Assembly: GCA_043228905.1 (NCBI GenBank)
Contig: JBHGNT010000014.1
Coordinates: forward strand, 17,918,001-17,982,000
Origin: Azolla caroliniana
Taxonomy: Eukaryota > Plantae > Polypodiophyta
Direction of reading: 5' to 3'
Length of the DNA: 64,000 nucleotides
A program made the translations under genes and the position numbers. Below are positions 1 through 14,400 of the stretch, in pieces (the stretch's first letter is position 1; each line of letters starts with the position of its first letter). The notes below the pieces were generated by a model. It had not been told where the DNA came from. It saw only the letters and a program-made list of their open reading frames with translations, and ran no database searches.

Positions 1-3000
1 CACGAGCAAGATTGCATCTCCCTTGGTCCAAGTCCATCTCGAGAACATAGTACAAATGTACCTCGACTACGATGTATTGTTCTTTTTCATCTATTTCAAC
101 TCCCACACAATAACATACTCTCTATTGTCGCCTTTCTCCCATTTACATGTATGTGTTCTAAGTTTATGTTAAGAGGTGTTGCATATCTGTCTTGAGGTCT
201 TGTGAGTCTTAAGAATGTGCAAGATGTGTATCCTTGTCTCTATGTTTGATGTCAATATGTCAAGTTTTATCATTCACATCCATTCTTAATGTGGTAGCTC
301 CAACATTTTGATCACAATTTGGATTGGTAGCTTCAACATAAGGTGAATGAATAATGATCACAAAAAGCTCTTAACAAGAAAAAACTCCTAGAAAAGGTAA
401 GTTCCCTCCCATTAATTGAAAGAGGGGCGTGAATGAATGAGATACATAAAGAACATATATGTAGGCCATTGAATGCAAATGATGTGTATGGATCATGAGT
501 GGATAACTAAGAAATAGATATAACCAGGTATAGATCGGTTAGAGACATATGCGGAAGTGTAAGATAAATATGAGATGTCGCCCAAATGTAAGTAGACGTC
601 TGGTGGCGAGCTTTTGTACAATCAACATAGGGTATATAGTAGTTGCAGATGATAGGATAATTTAGGCAAGGACTACTTGATAAGGGGACTAAAGTTGTGT
701 ACAGAAGGACATATTTAAGTAATGGAGTATATTCTTTTTTGGGGGGGGGGGGAAATGAACAAGACAAAAGGGTCTAGTAATTTATGTTGTTTTCTTGGAG
801 TTAAATGAAGCATGGAAAGATAGCCTCATCCAAAGGATGGTTGAGGAACACTATTAAGACAATGGACGAAAGTAATCATGACATCAATCCATAGTGCAAA
901 ACCAAGAATCGACCACAAGTTAGCATATCATAACCCCATGTGCTCAAATGAAAGTATTATGAGCTACGGCCCTGACAGAAAGTGGATTTGTAAGTACATC
1001 AAAAGAAACTCCTTTGTAGACCTATTCATAGGGAAAAAACAGGCGTTAGAAAGGGGGAAAGATCATAGAAGTAGAAAACAGCCTTCCATAGGTAGACTAG
1101 ACTCTCATAGTCATCCCTTCTTCTTATACTCAATCGTAAGTAGCACCAACAACAAGAACAAAGACTCATTACTTTAGGTCTAGAAGGACCAAGATCCCAA
1201 TAGACTCTTCTCTTTGTTGACATAAATTAGGGTTCTTGTAATATCCTTGCTCTTAAAGTCAACAGAACATAGGAGTAAATAATATTGTGCCTAGGGTCTC
1301 CAAACACATGATGTAGTAAGAATGTTTCAACCAAAAATTGAAAAATAGTCTCAAAGTTGAAACACACTTTAATTTTATGGGCTTAAAGTATGTTGTTCAC
1401 TCATAATTCCTAACTTATATGTTGATTTTTCCAGAACATCACAACCTCTCTACAATTTCCCTTCAAGAGTAAAGTTTTATGGTAGATTTTGTGTTACCTA
1501 GCAACATGTTCCAATGTTGGTATCCACAACGGTTCTATTGAATTGGTGGACCTCACACTTCTTTGCTCTAGGAGGAATGTCAAAAGTCTCAAATGGCCTA
1601 TTTGTGCATGGTGGATATTGTTACACAACGGAATGAGATGCCCTTTTTCTATGCATCTATGTACATAACGTGATTATGGATGAACAAAAAGACTTTATGG
1701 AAGAAAGAGAAGATTAGCATGGATATAGGAAGATGACAACATGCATTAACTCAAACCAAATGTTTAGAGTGGAAACCATGGAGCGAGAGAAGAAGTAAGA
1801 TTAATTGTGAAAAAAGAGAAGTCATGCAACAATCATAGAGAGTTTATTAGAATATGACTCTTAGTCGTAGCATACTGCAAATATATATTCACAAGAAAAC
1901 CAATTTAAATAATAAGTGGGTTCATAAAAATTTGTGTTGGAACCCAAGAATCCTCTTCGACTAATCAAGTGAACCACGAAGTTTTGTTTAACGTTTTGGG
2001 AAAACAAAGAGTGAATAAATACAATGAGAAGCATATTCCTTCAAGATTATGCGATTCTCTATCTCCTCGGCCCAAAGAGGGCCATGGAAGATAAGCATGT
2101 TATGTACATTTACTCCTTAAAAAATGTTTAGAATTTCGTATTCACTCTAAAGTTTTAAATTTTTCTAACCAAGGCAGATGACACCCACTGCATTTCAACA
2201 TCTTTCCCTTTTGTTTTCCATCAATACTTTCATGATATCAAAATATGTTTATTTCAAGTTCACATACCAAATAGTTATGTAAAGTATTGCTCATCATTGA
2301 AAACTTCAAAAAGAATATTGATTTAACAACTCTTGAGGATCTCCTCGATGTTTCGAATACATAAATGTATCTCTATTTCAATATGTATATTGTTAATCTC
2401 ATTGTAGGAGCACTCACTACTTATATTTCGCCAATAATTCCCTCTAGCCATTAGAAAAAAACTAACTCTATCACCATCAAATTATATTCGGTAGACGATT
2501 ATTTATTGCAAATGCTTTATGGAAAGAGTATAAAAGGTGAACCTGCCTTCATTTTCCATCTCGGTATGTGTGTAAGAGAATTACTTGTCACCTCCACAAT
2601 AAGTGCAAAATAACTTGGTTAAACGTTTAAATTGTTCAATAATCAGTTCGATTACATATCATTTGTTGTTTGATGTTGGAATTTCATGTTGGATGCATAT
2701 GTGGGGATCTCTTTTTGAAGCCAATATATATTGACGCAACAATGTATGTATACTATTTTGTGGACTTATACCAATATTATATTATGTTGTGTCGTTTGTG
2801 ACTTAGATTACCGATCAAGTAATAATGTTGGTCATTGAAGTCTAGTGGATAACACACAAATGAGCACATTCGAGTCATTGAATTACAAAATGAAAATTTG
2901 ACTCTTCTTCCAAAGTCACACTTTATGCCTAGTTTATATCATTGCTAATTTGCACTTTACATGCCATGGTAGGAACATGAATCACACGTCCTTAATCATG

Positions 3001-3387
3001 CAAAATAAAAAAACGTGTTAATATATGGGTGAAATAATACATTAAGTAGTTTGAGCATATTGACAATATGATCATCTAGATAAAGAGCTTACGAATAAAG
3101 AAACCATGTTTATATGTTACAATTATAAGGCTTTCTTTCACATGCTCCCTTTGGATAGCTTGAATAGTGTCGAGCATGATTTAGTGTTGTCGGGCTCACA
3201 GGCTTGGTTAAGGCATACAAAATAAGCAAGCTTGAAAGTATGTAATACACATGGCAATGTGGCAATGCTAAGTACCATGAGCATTTCACCATGAATGTAT
3301 ACGATTGATAGTTTACCTATATCTACGTAGCAATGCAAACATTCATCATATTTTCCATTCCCATGTTCAAATAATTACCAATGAACT

Positions 3388-6300
3388 CTACATGATAGAG
3401 CAAGCATTTGGATTCTCATCACTAAAGAGTTGAGGTGGGTAAACATAATTCGAGACACTACTATAAGGTATGTACTCATACTTCTTTATCTCTAGAGTAG
3501 TATCCTCGGGGGTAGTAGGTGGTGTTGGTTCTTCTTTCTTGTCTTCCTTCTTTTCTTCTTTCTTCTCCTCCTCTTTCCCATCTATTGCCTTCTCTTCCTT
3601 TTTCTCTTCTTGTCCATCCCCTTCTTTCTTTTCGTCTTCTTTTTTCTCGGGTTCAGGTGCGGGTGGAGTCTCGACAACGGGCTTGTCTTCCCCTTTTGTG
3701 CCCTCTTCACTTGGCTTTTCAACACCCTCTTTTTTTTCTTCTTCCTTTTTCTCTTCAACGGGTTTCTCATCCTTCTCTCTTCTGGAGGTGGTGGAGGTGG
3801 AGGTGGGGGGGGCACTATTTCACATCGTTTCCCAGACCTTTTCTTCACCCTTTCACATAATTTGTTAGGATCAATGCCCTTCCCTTTCACAGTTACGAGG
3901 CTACTTGCCAAGTCCTCATCTACTTCCTTTACCCCTACATTATAAATGCAACAAAAAGAAAATTTTCCTTAGCAATATTTCAAAAAGGAAACCATTGGTA
4001 TCATAAACATTAAGGTCGGGCTTATAGTGTTTAGTCAATTGTTTTCACCTGTTTGATGTTTTATATTTAATCGAGCCCTCAAACTGTATGCATAAATATG
4101 CCAAAGAAATAAGTTATGAAACAACATCATATGCACTTTAATCAATGTATACAATGGTTGATGGGGTCAAGGACCTCTTCACCATTATACTAAGCATGTG
4201 CATGCACCATGTGCACCAGACCACACAAATTCATGCCAAACATGAATGAGTACATTCCACAGTGATAAAACCAAGAACATGGATTACCAACAAGATAATG
4301 AGAATCAATTCAATAACAGACACACATACATATAGGAACACATTGATTGAAACTTACCATCCATTTTCAATATGTTTCTCTTGATTTGCTTGGCACAAGC
4401 CCCACAATGCATGTGAACTTTCAACATGATCACAACTTCTGGAATAGGAGGAGGCGGCTACAAAAACAAGGGCAAAAGCAAAATGTTATTGTAATCATAA
4501 AAAGACAAGTTTCGAGCTCAACATCATTAATACCCTTGGTTAGTTATCACTAGAGGCAACTCATGAGGGTTCGATTAACTTTTGTGTCTTATATCATTAA
4601 CTACTAATGTAATTACCTCATGCTAGCACTTCGATAGATTAAGACCATTTTTCATAATATTTGGATCAAAATTTTAAAATCTTAACAACATGATCATAAT
4701 TAATATATTTAATGTTCGTTTTTTTTACCGGAGGAGTTTCCGCTTTTTTGGGGTCTTCTTCTGTTGCTTTCTTCTGATCCTCCTCTAGCTTTTTGGGGTC
4801 CGGGTAAATGAGGATCGTCCGTTTCCCACTCTTCTTTTTCACAGTTTCACATGTTATTTTGGGATCAAGCTTCCCTTTGATTGTCACCTTTTGCTCTTGC
4901 ATGTTCATTTCAACCAACTCTAATCCTGCAAAGTTTTAGTTTTTAAAGAAATAAGACATTATTACAATGTTAAACGATTCAAAGACTTGATGAAGTTGTG
5001 GGAGAAGGCGGATTCTGCTAATAAAAGGGTTATCACAATATGTTTTCCTTATTTTCCTAAATGCCCTTTGCTTGTCCCCCATAACAAATATTAATGTGAG
5101 TATGCTATTTGAGCAATCATCCAATCTAATTCATGATTCCATGTGCCATTTGACGATTTGATCTATGGTAAATATGTCCTATGTTTCGTTTTTTCCGAGG
5201 ACTACCATAGACCATTTTGGCACATGATGACAAGATAGAGGGCACTAGAGAAATCCAGAAAAACTCAAAAGTAACGCTTTCAAACTCATTTCCAGTTAAA
5301 AACAAGTGATCACGTGTTGAAGAACAAACTGACACCATTGCCTTTCCACTATCCCACGAGGGACTTTAGGAGTTCCATGTTGAGTTGAATCATTGCTAAA
5401 TATATAGCTAGATTCATGAGGTTAGCTCATTCAATTACAAGCCTACAATGATTGCAAGCATCATGCTTCAGAGTCTGGGGCAACAATCTATTCGATGTTG
5501 TCGATGCACATTACACTAAAAAACTCTTCATAAACTCAGTTTGAGATCCTCTTGGTGTGAAATTCTTCATGAATTTTGCATCACACCATAAGAACCTTTT
5601 TTACTTGCACTCATAATTTTTACTTGTTGACATGATCATGTCACTCGCAATGTCGAGATAAACTCTGTGAAGGTAATCGAGATCAAGATCACGCGAGTGT
5701 CAAAGTCTTTAACGAATTTTAGGCAAAGATCATCTAAAGCTCTTCACAATTCTAGTTTTAGATCATCAAAGCGATGATCATTCCAGAGTTTGCTACTAAA
5801 AAAAAACCAATGCCTTTACACAATTTGGAGTTTGAATGAAAAAAGAGAGTTGGTTCCTTATTTTAGTTTAGTAATGAAATAGAGTGCATACCTTAACTAT
5901 GATTGAGATACTCTCTATAAGTGATTAGTAAGCAATTAAGCCATTCTTCTAACATTATTAAGATATATTTGGTTTGAGTGATAAGGAGACATTGAGTTTA
6001 ATCATGGAGGTACTGGATTAAGGTCATTATGACACTGGATTTGCGAGACATAGGTTTGTTAATTATCCCTTGAAGATGCTTGATTAGCAACTAACCAAGA
6101 GATTTTGGTTAAGTGGTTAACCCCAGCTTAAACATGATTAGCATACCCAATGAATCCCGGAGCCCATGTAGTTAGTTATACAAGACTTACAAAGATCAAT
6201 CCCACATAGTTGGTGAGAATTAATCTAATTATTATACAGGGATATGATTAAGAAGGGTAATTACTGAAGGGAGCGAGAATGACGATGATTAGGGATGTGA

Positions 6301-7126
6301 TTAGTGCCAATGACTGAGATAAGGGATGGGATTAGTGTCAATGACTGAGATTAGGGATGGGATTAGTGCCAATGACTGAGATTAGGGATGGGAGTTGTGC
6401 CAATCACTGAGATTAGGGATGGGAGTAGTGCCAATCACTGAGATTAGGGATGGGATTAGTGCCAATCACTGAGATTAGGGATGGGATTAGTGATAATCTG
6501 TGAGATTACAGAAGGGATTAGTGAATGCAGGTATGCATATATATGTATGTATGTATGTGTAATATGTGAATACCTTTCAGTTTCTTGATGGCTTTCTTGA
6601 CTTTGGCCTTGCAGCCTTCACAGTGCATGTCTACCTGCAGGATTATGGTATTAGCATTCTCGTCCTGCTGCTCTGCAACTGCCTTCTTGGCCTCTTCCTG
6701 CTAAAAACTCATTCCATTTACACACCAATCCATCCCATTAGAGGGCCTCCATGAAGCATTAAATCCACACACAACCAGTCCTTTTTTAAGTACTTAATTC
6801 ACAGTAAATGAACAGGTCCAATCCATTCCTCACATTGGTTAATTGAGAGCAATCCATACATCCCATGGATTAATTGACAGCAATCCATACATACCATGGA
6901 TTAAGTGATCACATGAACTAATTTGAGTGCAATCCATGGATATTATATGGATTAAATGGTGCAGCAAATCCATTCATTACAAGGACTAGTTTAGAAAGGG
7001 CAGAGAATTGAAACCAGACAAAAGCCTAGGGATTGAAAGATAAGATTGAATCACACTGTGTTTAAGAATTATAGCTAACAAACCAAAATCAATCCATGGA
7101 TGCATCAATGGATTTACCTCTTGCAT
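3388..7126 (-). CDS. HIPP: Heavy-metal-associated isoprenylated plant protein (two HMA domains, C-terminal CaaX); 5 exons: 7118-7126, 6574-6697, 4729-4925, 4358-4457, 3388-3934; apparent 1-nt frameshift in exon 5
   Basis: Manual splicing with GT..AG and consistent phases gives MQE|EEAKK..LQVDMHCEGCKAKVKKAIKKLK G|LELVEMNMQEQKVTIKGKLDP..|PPPPIPEVVIMLKVHMHCGACAKQIKRNILKMD G|VKEVDEDLASSLVTVKGKGIDP.., then a Lys/Glu-rich region ending YPPQLFSDENPNACSIM* (TAG 3390-3388). Two MHCxxC motifs plus FSDENPNACSIM are diagnostic of HIPPs. Confidence 0.93.
6287..6492. repeat. 31-bp minisatellite (~6.6 copies) in HIPP intron 2
   Basis: Unit GATTAGGGATGGGATTAGTGCCAAT(G/C)ACTGA starts at 6287, 6318, 6349, 6380, 6411, 6442 and 6473. 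Confidence 0.92.
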
Positions 7127-7354
7127 TGTGCGAGATCAAATGAAAACTCTGCTCAAGAGATGATTGGGGAGGGTGAGAGTAAACTTTGGCTAAAAAACAA
7201 TAATCTGAGAATTGGGTTAAAATTGCAAGAAAAAAACTAAAACAAAAGCAAAACAAAGAGAGAGAAAAAAAACAGTGGAAGCAGCCTATGTTTGCCTTAT
7301 ATGATTATGATGGTGATGAAGATCAGAGTCTTTAATGGACGAAATATGTTCATA

Positions 7355-7431
7355 CATAACATACATACATACATATATGATACATACATACATAAACAAA
7401 TACATACATACATACATAAATACATACATAA

Positions 7432-7462
<31 letters not shown>

Positions 7463-7706
7463 CTTACAAAGTTACATGTATGCACACATTCAATACATAC
7501 CATGCAATGTATGCATGCATATGCAATTTCAATTGTACGGAAACATATATGTATACATACATTCATACATTTTCATGCATGCATACATGTACAGTGACTT
7601 ACATTCATAATTTCATGCATACGTTCATATACATAGCATAGCATGCATTTGTAAATCAATTGTATGAAAACACATACATACATACATACATACATACATA
7701 CATACA
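7355..7706. repeat. (TACA)n microsatellite tracts upstream of HIPP
   Basis: Runs of ATACATAC at ~7361-7460 and ~7673-7705 with degenerate copies between them. Confidence 0.9.
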
Positions 7707-8109
7707 TTTATCCCCTGTTTGCTTTTTTGCTTTTTGCTTTTTGGTTGATTATTGCTTTACATACATTTATCTCCTGTTTCCTATTTTGCTTTTTTCCTTT
7801 TATTTCTTTTTGCTTTCTGCTTTTTGGTAGATTATTGCTCGCCCTTTTTTTCTCCCTTTTTTCTGTTTTTTTTTTAGGGTGAATTGTACAAATTTTCTTC
7901 ATTAATTTCATATTCCCTTCCCTTCTTTTTCTGTGGCTCTGTTTTTCTTCTTTTTATTATTTTTATTATTTTTGGGAAGGAGTGACCAAAATAATAATAA
8001 TAATAATAATAATTTAAAAATAGATAAAAAAACATTTTAATTTCCCAACCATTTCCTTTCATGTTTATATGTATATTAATTTGGTTCACTTTAATTTTTC
8101 TTCTCATAT

Positions 8110-8495
8110 TTATTTGTCCCTTTTTCTTATGATTAGAAATTGTTTTGCTTGTTTTTATTTTAAATTTATTATTTTATTATCTATTTATTCCCCCATTTCT
8201 CATTATATTTATATGTCCCTTTTTTCTTATTATTAGAATTCGTTTTCCATTTTTTATTTTATTTTAATTTATTATTTATCTATTTATTTATTCCCCCGTT
8301 TCTCATTATTTTTGTATGTCCCTTTTTTTCTTATTATTAGAATTCTTTTTCCATTTTTTAGTTTAATTTAATTTATTATTTATCTATTTATTTATTCCCC
8401 ACATTTCATTATATTTATATGTCCCTTTTTTCTTATTATAAGAATTATTTTTTATTTTTTATTATATTATTATTCATTTATCCCCCTTTTTTCTT
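8110..8495. repeat. Degenerate AT-rich ~100-bp tandem repeat (~4 copies)
   Basis: The motif GTCCC-T-run-CTTATtATTAGAAT recurs at about 8116, 8214, 8318 and 8421, each followed by similar TTTATT..TTCCCC text. Confidence 0.7.
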
Positions 8496-11400
8496 TATGG
8501 ATTTGAGGGATGGAAATATAAATTAATAGAAATGTGAGGATGCCTCTCTCCCCTTCATTTCCTTTTTACTTAGTTTTTTATTTTTTTGCTCTTCCTTCTT
8601 CTTCTTCTTTTATTGGGCAATTCACACAATTTGTCTACCTCCTCAAAAAGCAATGGTAATATGCAACACACACACCCACATTATCACCCACCCACAAGAA
8701 AACCTCTTTTCTATGCTTGCGTCTGCATGTCGATCGATCGATCGTACACCTTACATGTGCTTCTTCGTCTAGAAAATGAGTAAAACAAAAAAACAAAAAG
8801 AAGAAGAAAAACCCAAACAATGTAATCATGTTGTATGTACAAAAGCATGACCTAGTGGGGAGGACATACCACTGTGCGCACACATACATGTATTCACATA
8901 TTAAATATCGATTCATGATGGTTTGGAGGATGAACTCTTGACTATCCATTCCTGAGGCACGAGTGAGGCCGACTCTTCTTAATGGTGACTTGATTGACAA
9001 GCTTACCGACTTACTAACTAACATAGCTAGCTAACTTTGTGAGTGGATGGATGGATGCCTTTTGATTGATGATGGGCACATATGAGTGGCGTTGAACCGT
9101 TGGTTGGCTTATTCAAACCTCAAGATGCACCCTTCAAATCTTATTAACATTACTCATCATTCATACCTTGTTGGGGTGCTTATAATGTGATTCGCCACAA
9201 ACATTCCACAAATGACTATGAGTTATAATACACTTCAAGATCATCTTTCTAGAATTGAGTTTCGATGTTTGAACATGTACTAAGCATCTTCAATCCCAAT
9301 TCCCTAGACTTTGGCATGATTAAATGTCGTCATTTCAAGTTTACATATATCTCTTATAAACAAATAAGAGTTGTCCATTCCACAATGCACAATTATACAC
9401 AACTAACATATAATCATGCATAAATTGTAACCACAAAACGCACACCAACAATCAATTGTGGATGTTTGCGAAGCAATTTCCTTGGATTCTAACTTGTATG
9501 CTTACATCACATTTACGTCACCCACTTGAAACTACAAAGCTAATATAGAGTCATTATCTTTTTTTCTTTGCATTAAATGTGAATGTGTGACACATCCATT
9601 ATGCTATTCTTTGCCAAGAAACATGGCTATATGTACTTTTAGTAAGTCTACTTGGGGAAGGTATCCCATAAGTCTGTTGTTGTTCTTGTAAATAAGACAA
9701 CATTTTCGATCATAACATCCTTTTGGCCACATTTTGATCTTTTAGAGCTGTTAATATACACGTGTCTTTCGTTTATTTCCTTCCTACTTTGATGACTACA
9801 ATGTACACAATTACACTAAATTAGTTGAAATGGTCAAATTAATGAGAACAATGTACAACGAGGCTCTATTCTTCATCCCAAAATGGTAAGATTGTGAATC
9901 CAATGAAGAGTGTTCAATCAATGAGGAGTATGGAGGTTGATCTACACTTGGGTTTCATAAATGGGCAATGTGTGTATATATATGATCTCATTTTATGTGG
10001 ATCAATGTATATAGATAACCTTACTCTATGTGTTTATGGATTTACTAGTATGCATGTGCATGCTAATTATAAGTCTTACATCATGAAAACATGCATACAC
10101 ACCTCACATGTTGACAAACATATATTTCGGTCGTGTCACATATGTACATGTAGTGAATATATGTAGAAATAACTTCTATTTATGCTCCACCTAAATATGC
10201 TTGTCCACACATTTTTGTTTTCAATACAATCTTACCTTGAAGGGAATTTCACATATTTTTAACTTTAGGTATGTTACCACCTATATTTATGAAAACAAAT
10301 ATGCAACTCAAAAGTTTATGGTTTTGTATGGTCCAAACCATTGTACAAACATTGATGCATGAGTATGAGAATAAGTTTGGATCAAAGAGTGAGTGATTGT
10401 CATGAGTATCGTCAATGTTGTTGCGCAAGTGGTCATGACAAAAGGGTACCAAAATCAGAGAGCATATCAATTAGCTAGAGCCTACTATCATGAGTACAAC
10501 GTACATCGAAATCTTAACAAAATTGGTGTTCTAGTGCCTTTTATTAGGCTACTAGTTGGTCATTCAAAGGTTGAAAGTTACCAAGTTATGATCAAGGTTC
10601 CATTGTTATATGTAATATAGGGTTGGAATTTATCGTAATTGTATGATCTTTGATTAAGACAAACTATATGCATGTGTGTGTGTGTGTGTCATCCATATGT
10701 ATACAATATAATCATTTTGCATCAGTATGAGTGCATGGGCATGTAAAATATAGCAAATAGATACAAGTTTGGTTTTACGTCAATGCTTAAACTTCCAATT
10801 AGTCAAAAGTAGGTACACAATTTAACATAATGAATTACGACATAAAACCAAAGCAAGCTTGCTAACGTAGTTTGATAAAGCTATGTAATCTATCACAACA
10901 TCGTACAAGTTATGAAGATTTCTAGTGAATCGATGAACTTCTTTTCAATAAACATTGAAAGTGGGAACCAATGCTCCATGCAATAACTCACTATTGTGCG
11001 ACGTGCATGTACAATTATCTCGAAAACCGGGTGATCACCCCTCAAACCCAATTACTCAGGTATTGCATTAACATTTTAACATACATACTTGATCACCTTT
11101 ACTTTTGGGAAGTACACACATTTGTTATTCTTATTCATATGTAATGATACAACATATGAGTCATGACAGCAAGGGCATCGAGATAATAAAGTGCTTGTTT
11201 GTGAAATGTCGACACTTCGCATATTAAAACAACTTCCTCCTTGAGACAAACTGTATCGGTCACACTCCATGGGGTAGTAGATTAAATGGTAGGAAATGTA
11301 CATTCCAAAGCTCTCGGATTACAAAAAGTATAGGTTTGACACGAAAATAGTCCAATGACATTAATACAAATTTATATTCTTGCCACTTGCATTAAAACAT

Positions 11401-14400
11401 AACTATAACGTGTATCTTCAAAAGACTATCGAGCTATACCTACAATATGGGCACACATATGTATGCCGCATAGCCATTGGTTGTTAGACATTGTGGTTGT
11501 TTGTAAAAATATCAAGTTGTACACAACACTCGAACTTTGGTTACCATATTCTAATAGACATATACCATATTACCGAATATCACACACCTATCATGCCGTT
11601 GGCCGAGAGATTCTTTTAATCCTTCCAAATCTAGAAAACACTTATTTCGAAAAATTTCTATTAAAAAATTTAATTGTGATACTGCGTCCTCAACATATTT
11701 AATAATTACTTTGGCAGTTCCTTTTAGATCTTTCCAAGTCAAGTAGAGTTGTGCTTTGGGGGGTTTTGTACATCAGACTTAGCAACTTGTTCGAAGTCTA
11801 ATCCAACATAGTTTACAAAATTTTCACATTTTGGACTCCATTATTGGTGTCCTTCTTTATGAAAAGTACTGGCAATAAGCTGGATAAAAAAAAAAGTTTA
11901 ACGAAAAGGGATAAGTAATTCATAAAGTTGACTTGTAAAGTAAAGAATTCATAAAGTTGCCATGAAAAGCACCATAAGGGTGACCGTTTTACTAATCACT
12001 AGTGCACATGCAATACTAGGAGCAACAAAGTTTGATCTAGAGAAAAACATAATGATTAATTAAGTTTAAGGTGAGCTATACATATGTGAATTCTCTTTTT
12101 TCCATCTGATTGAACAAGTTAGCATCAATCTACCATGCATGACAACAATAGAGGTTCCCATGAACTAGTGTTAGCAAACAAAAGTGATATGATCAACCTT
12201 CAATTGTTAATTGTTGTGTTCCTTTGCAAAGTTCTCCATGCATGAAATGCCTAGAACAACAAACATTGAACAAAGAGTTACATTATTTTTGTCACTCATA
12301 AGGTGGAAATGGTATGTGAGAGAATCCAATATGTTAAAACCCTGAAAGTGACATAAAGATTAATGGAGAGAATCCATATATACCATGAAAACATAAAGAT
12401 GGATGGTCACGATAAGAGATTCCTTTCTATACCATCTAACCATAAAGATGAACATCAAGACAATGCTTTATATCCACCTCATGTATGGATATAATAATAT
12501 ACTTGTTAATGCTTTGTCCTCAACAAAGCACACAAAACATGCATTTTTAGTATGTTAAGTGCATAATCATGGTGCTTTTCATTGGTGGATATATCTTTAG
12601 AGATACGGAGGATCAAGTGGTAAATGAAAAACCACATATACGTTTGGGCAACATAAACATCAAAAAACGTTGCAATTGACTAGCATATGCCAAGGATATC
12701 ACTTTTACTTTCTTTTATTGTGAATCCTTTCATAATGGTTGTCACAAAATTTTAAATTGACAATGAGGGTGGCTAACTCAAGCCATCTTTTTCTCTTCAA
12801 ATTGTGACTTGGTAGGCCCATTGATAAATAAGGTAAGGTATCGTCCTTTGTGTTAAAGTTATATCTAATGATGTAAACATAGCATATCCTTCTACAATTG
12901 TGGACCACATACTAACAATTAGACACAAAAGATGTTGAGTACGTACTAGCTAACAATGGTATGTGTTCATGCAATAGGATAGAGACTATACATAAGTAGT
13001 GACCCATGGGTTGCTCATTGATAGCAGTAGGATATACATGTCTTATAAAACATAGGGTTTGTTCATGTCCCTTCTATGGAATACTCGTTATATTTGTTTG
13101 TCTCCTATGCTAGGGTTACATTTATGGCTTTTAGAAAAGTACATAACAACTATCCAATAAATGAACGAATATGATACTTAATTGAAACGAAAGTTTGTCA
13201 TTATTGGAATTCTTGTAGGAAAACAAAATACATGCATTAATATGAAATGAATAAAGCCTAACATTATGAATCACAATGTTGTGTCCATTTTGAATTACCA
13301 AGACATGAAACCAAAGAAAAACGAAGTATGCATGTATATGGTGTGTGCATGAAGATGATTTTACGATGCATCATACACATGAATTATGTTGGGTTCCCAC
13401 CATTCATTGATTTCGTATGGTCTTGACGTTTCTAGAATTCTTAAATTTTAGCCATAAGAGAGTATCCAATTGATACCATCTTCCTTATGTGGCATTGAAT
13501 TATTGATAATGCATGCAATATGCTTCATGAATTTTTCCTTCCATAGCTTGACACATCATCCAAAGCGCAGTTGGTTGTTTTCATTTTGACTCTTAGGTGT
13601 TTGCATATCTCTTTTAGAGATTCTTTCTTTTACGTGACCACAAAAGGAGAATGTGTTATAACATTGAAAGTGAACATAATCATGTGAAGGTAATTTGACC
13701 CTTAGAAGAAGTGAAACAAATATGCCTCCAAATCTCTAAATTTGCATGATCATCCATCCGTTCTATCTCTTTGGCAATTAACATGCACATCTTTCTATTT
13801 ATTTGGTTTGCTCCACTGGTTAGAGTTATCCAAGAACTCTAAGCCGACCATGTTTGCGAGACACAGCTCACATGCACTTTCAAGAGTTTATAATGGATAA
13901 TGAGAAAACTTTAAACTACACAAACAATTATACTCCATCCAGATGAGAGCTTTCGTCAAAATTATCTCACTCCACCTTTATCACCTCACAACGAGTCCAT
14001 ACATATTGATGCAAGGATATCATATCTTCTATTTCCTTTGAGAGACAATAATCTAACTAAAAAAGGCAATGTTTCACAGGATTGCCAACACTTTGTTTAT
14101 CCCCAAGTCTTCTCTAAAAGAGATAATCTAGCCCTCCTTTTGTTTGTTTTGTTCAAAAGGCTCCCCTCTAAAGGAGATTGGATGGGTTTCTCTCAACCCT
14201 CCTTTTCTTTTTATCCATTTTATATTTTAGTTTTTGCTTATGTTTTTTTTACATGCTAGGTTGATTCCCGTTGCCCATCTTTCAACTTGTGGTCATAGCA
14301 ACCTCATTTAAAGGCATTAAAGCCATATTTATAAATCTATTTATCCATGCTTTGTCGGTGTTTTCTCTCTAATTTTCCCAAGTAGTCTGATAGAATTGTG

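Noticed and set aside
1-3300. Short ORFs and possible old TE remnants (likewise 9000-15500)
   Set aside because: AT-rich with no recognisable protein motifs, termini or splice-consistent exons.
7292-7911. ORFs with HTYI/YVCM repeats (also the C-terminal half of 18014-18895 and 18004-18513)
   Set aside because: Translations of (TACA)n microsatellites; in TET the tract lies inside a GT-AG intron.
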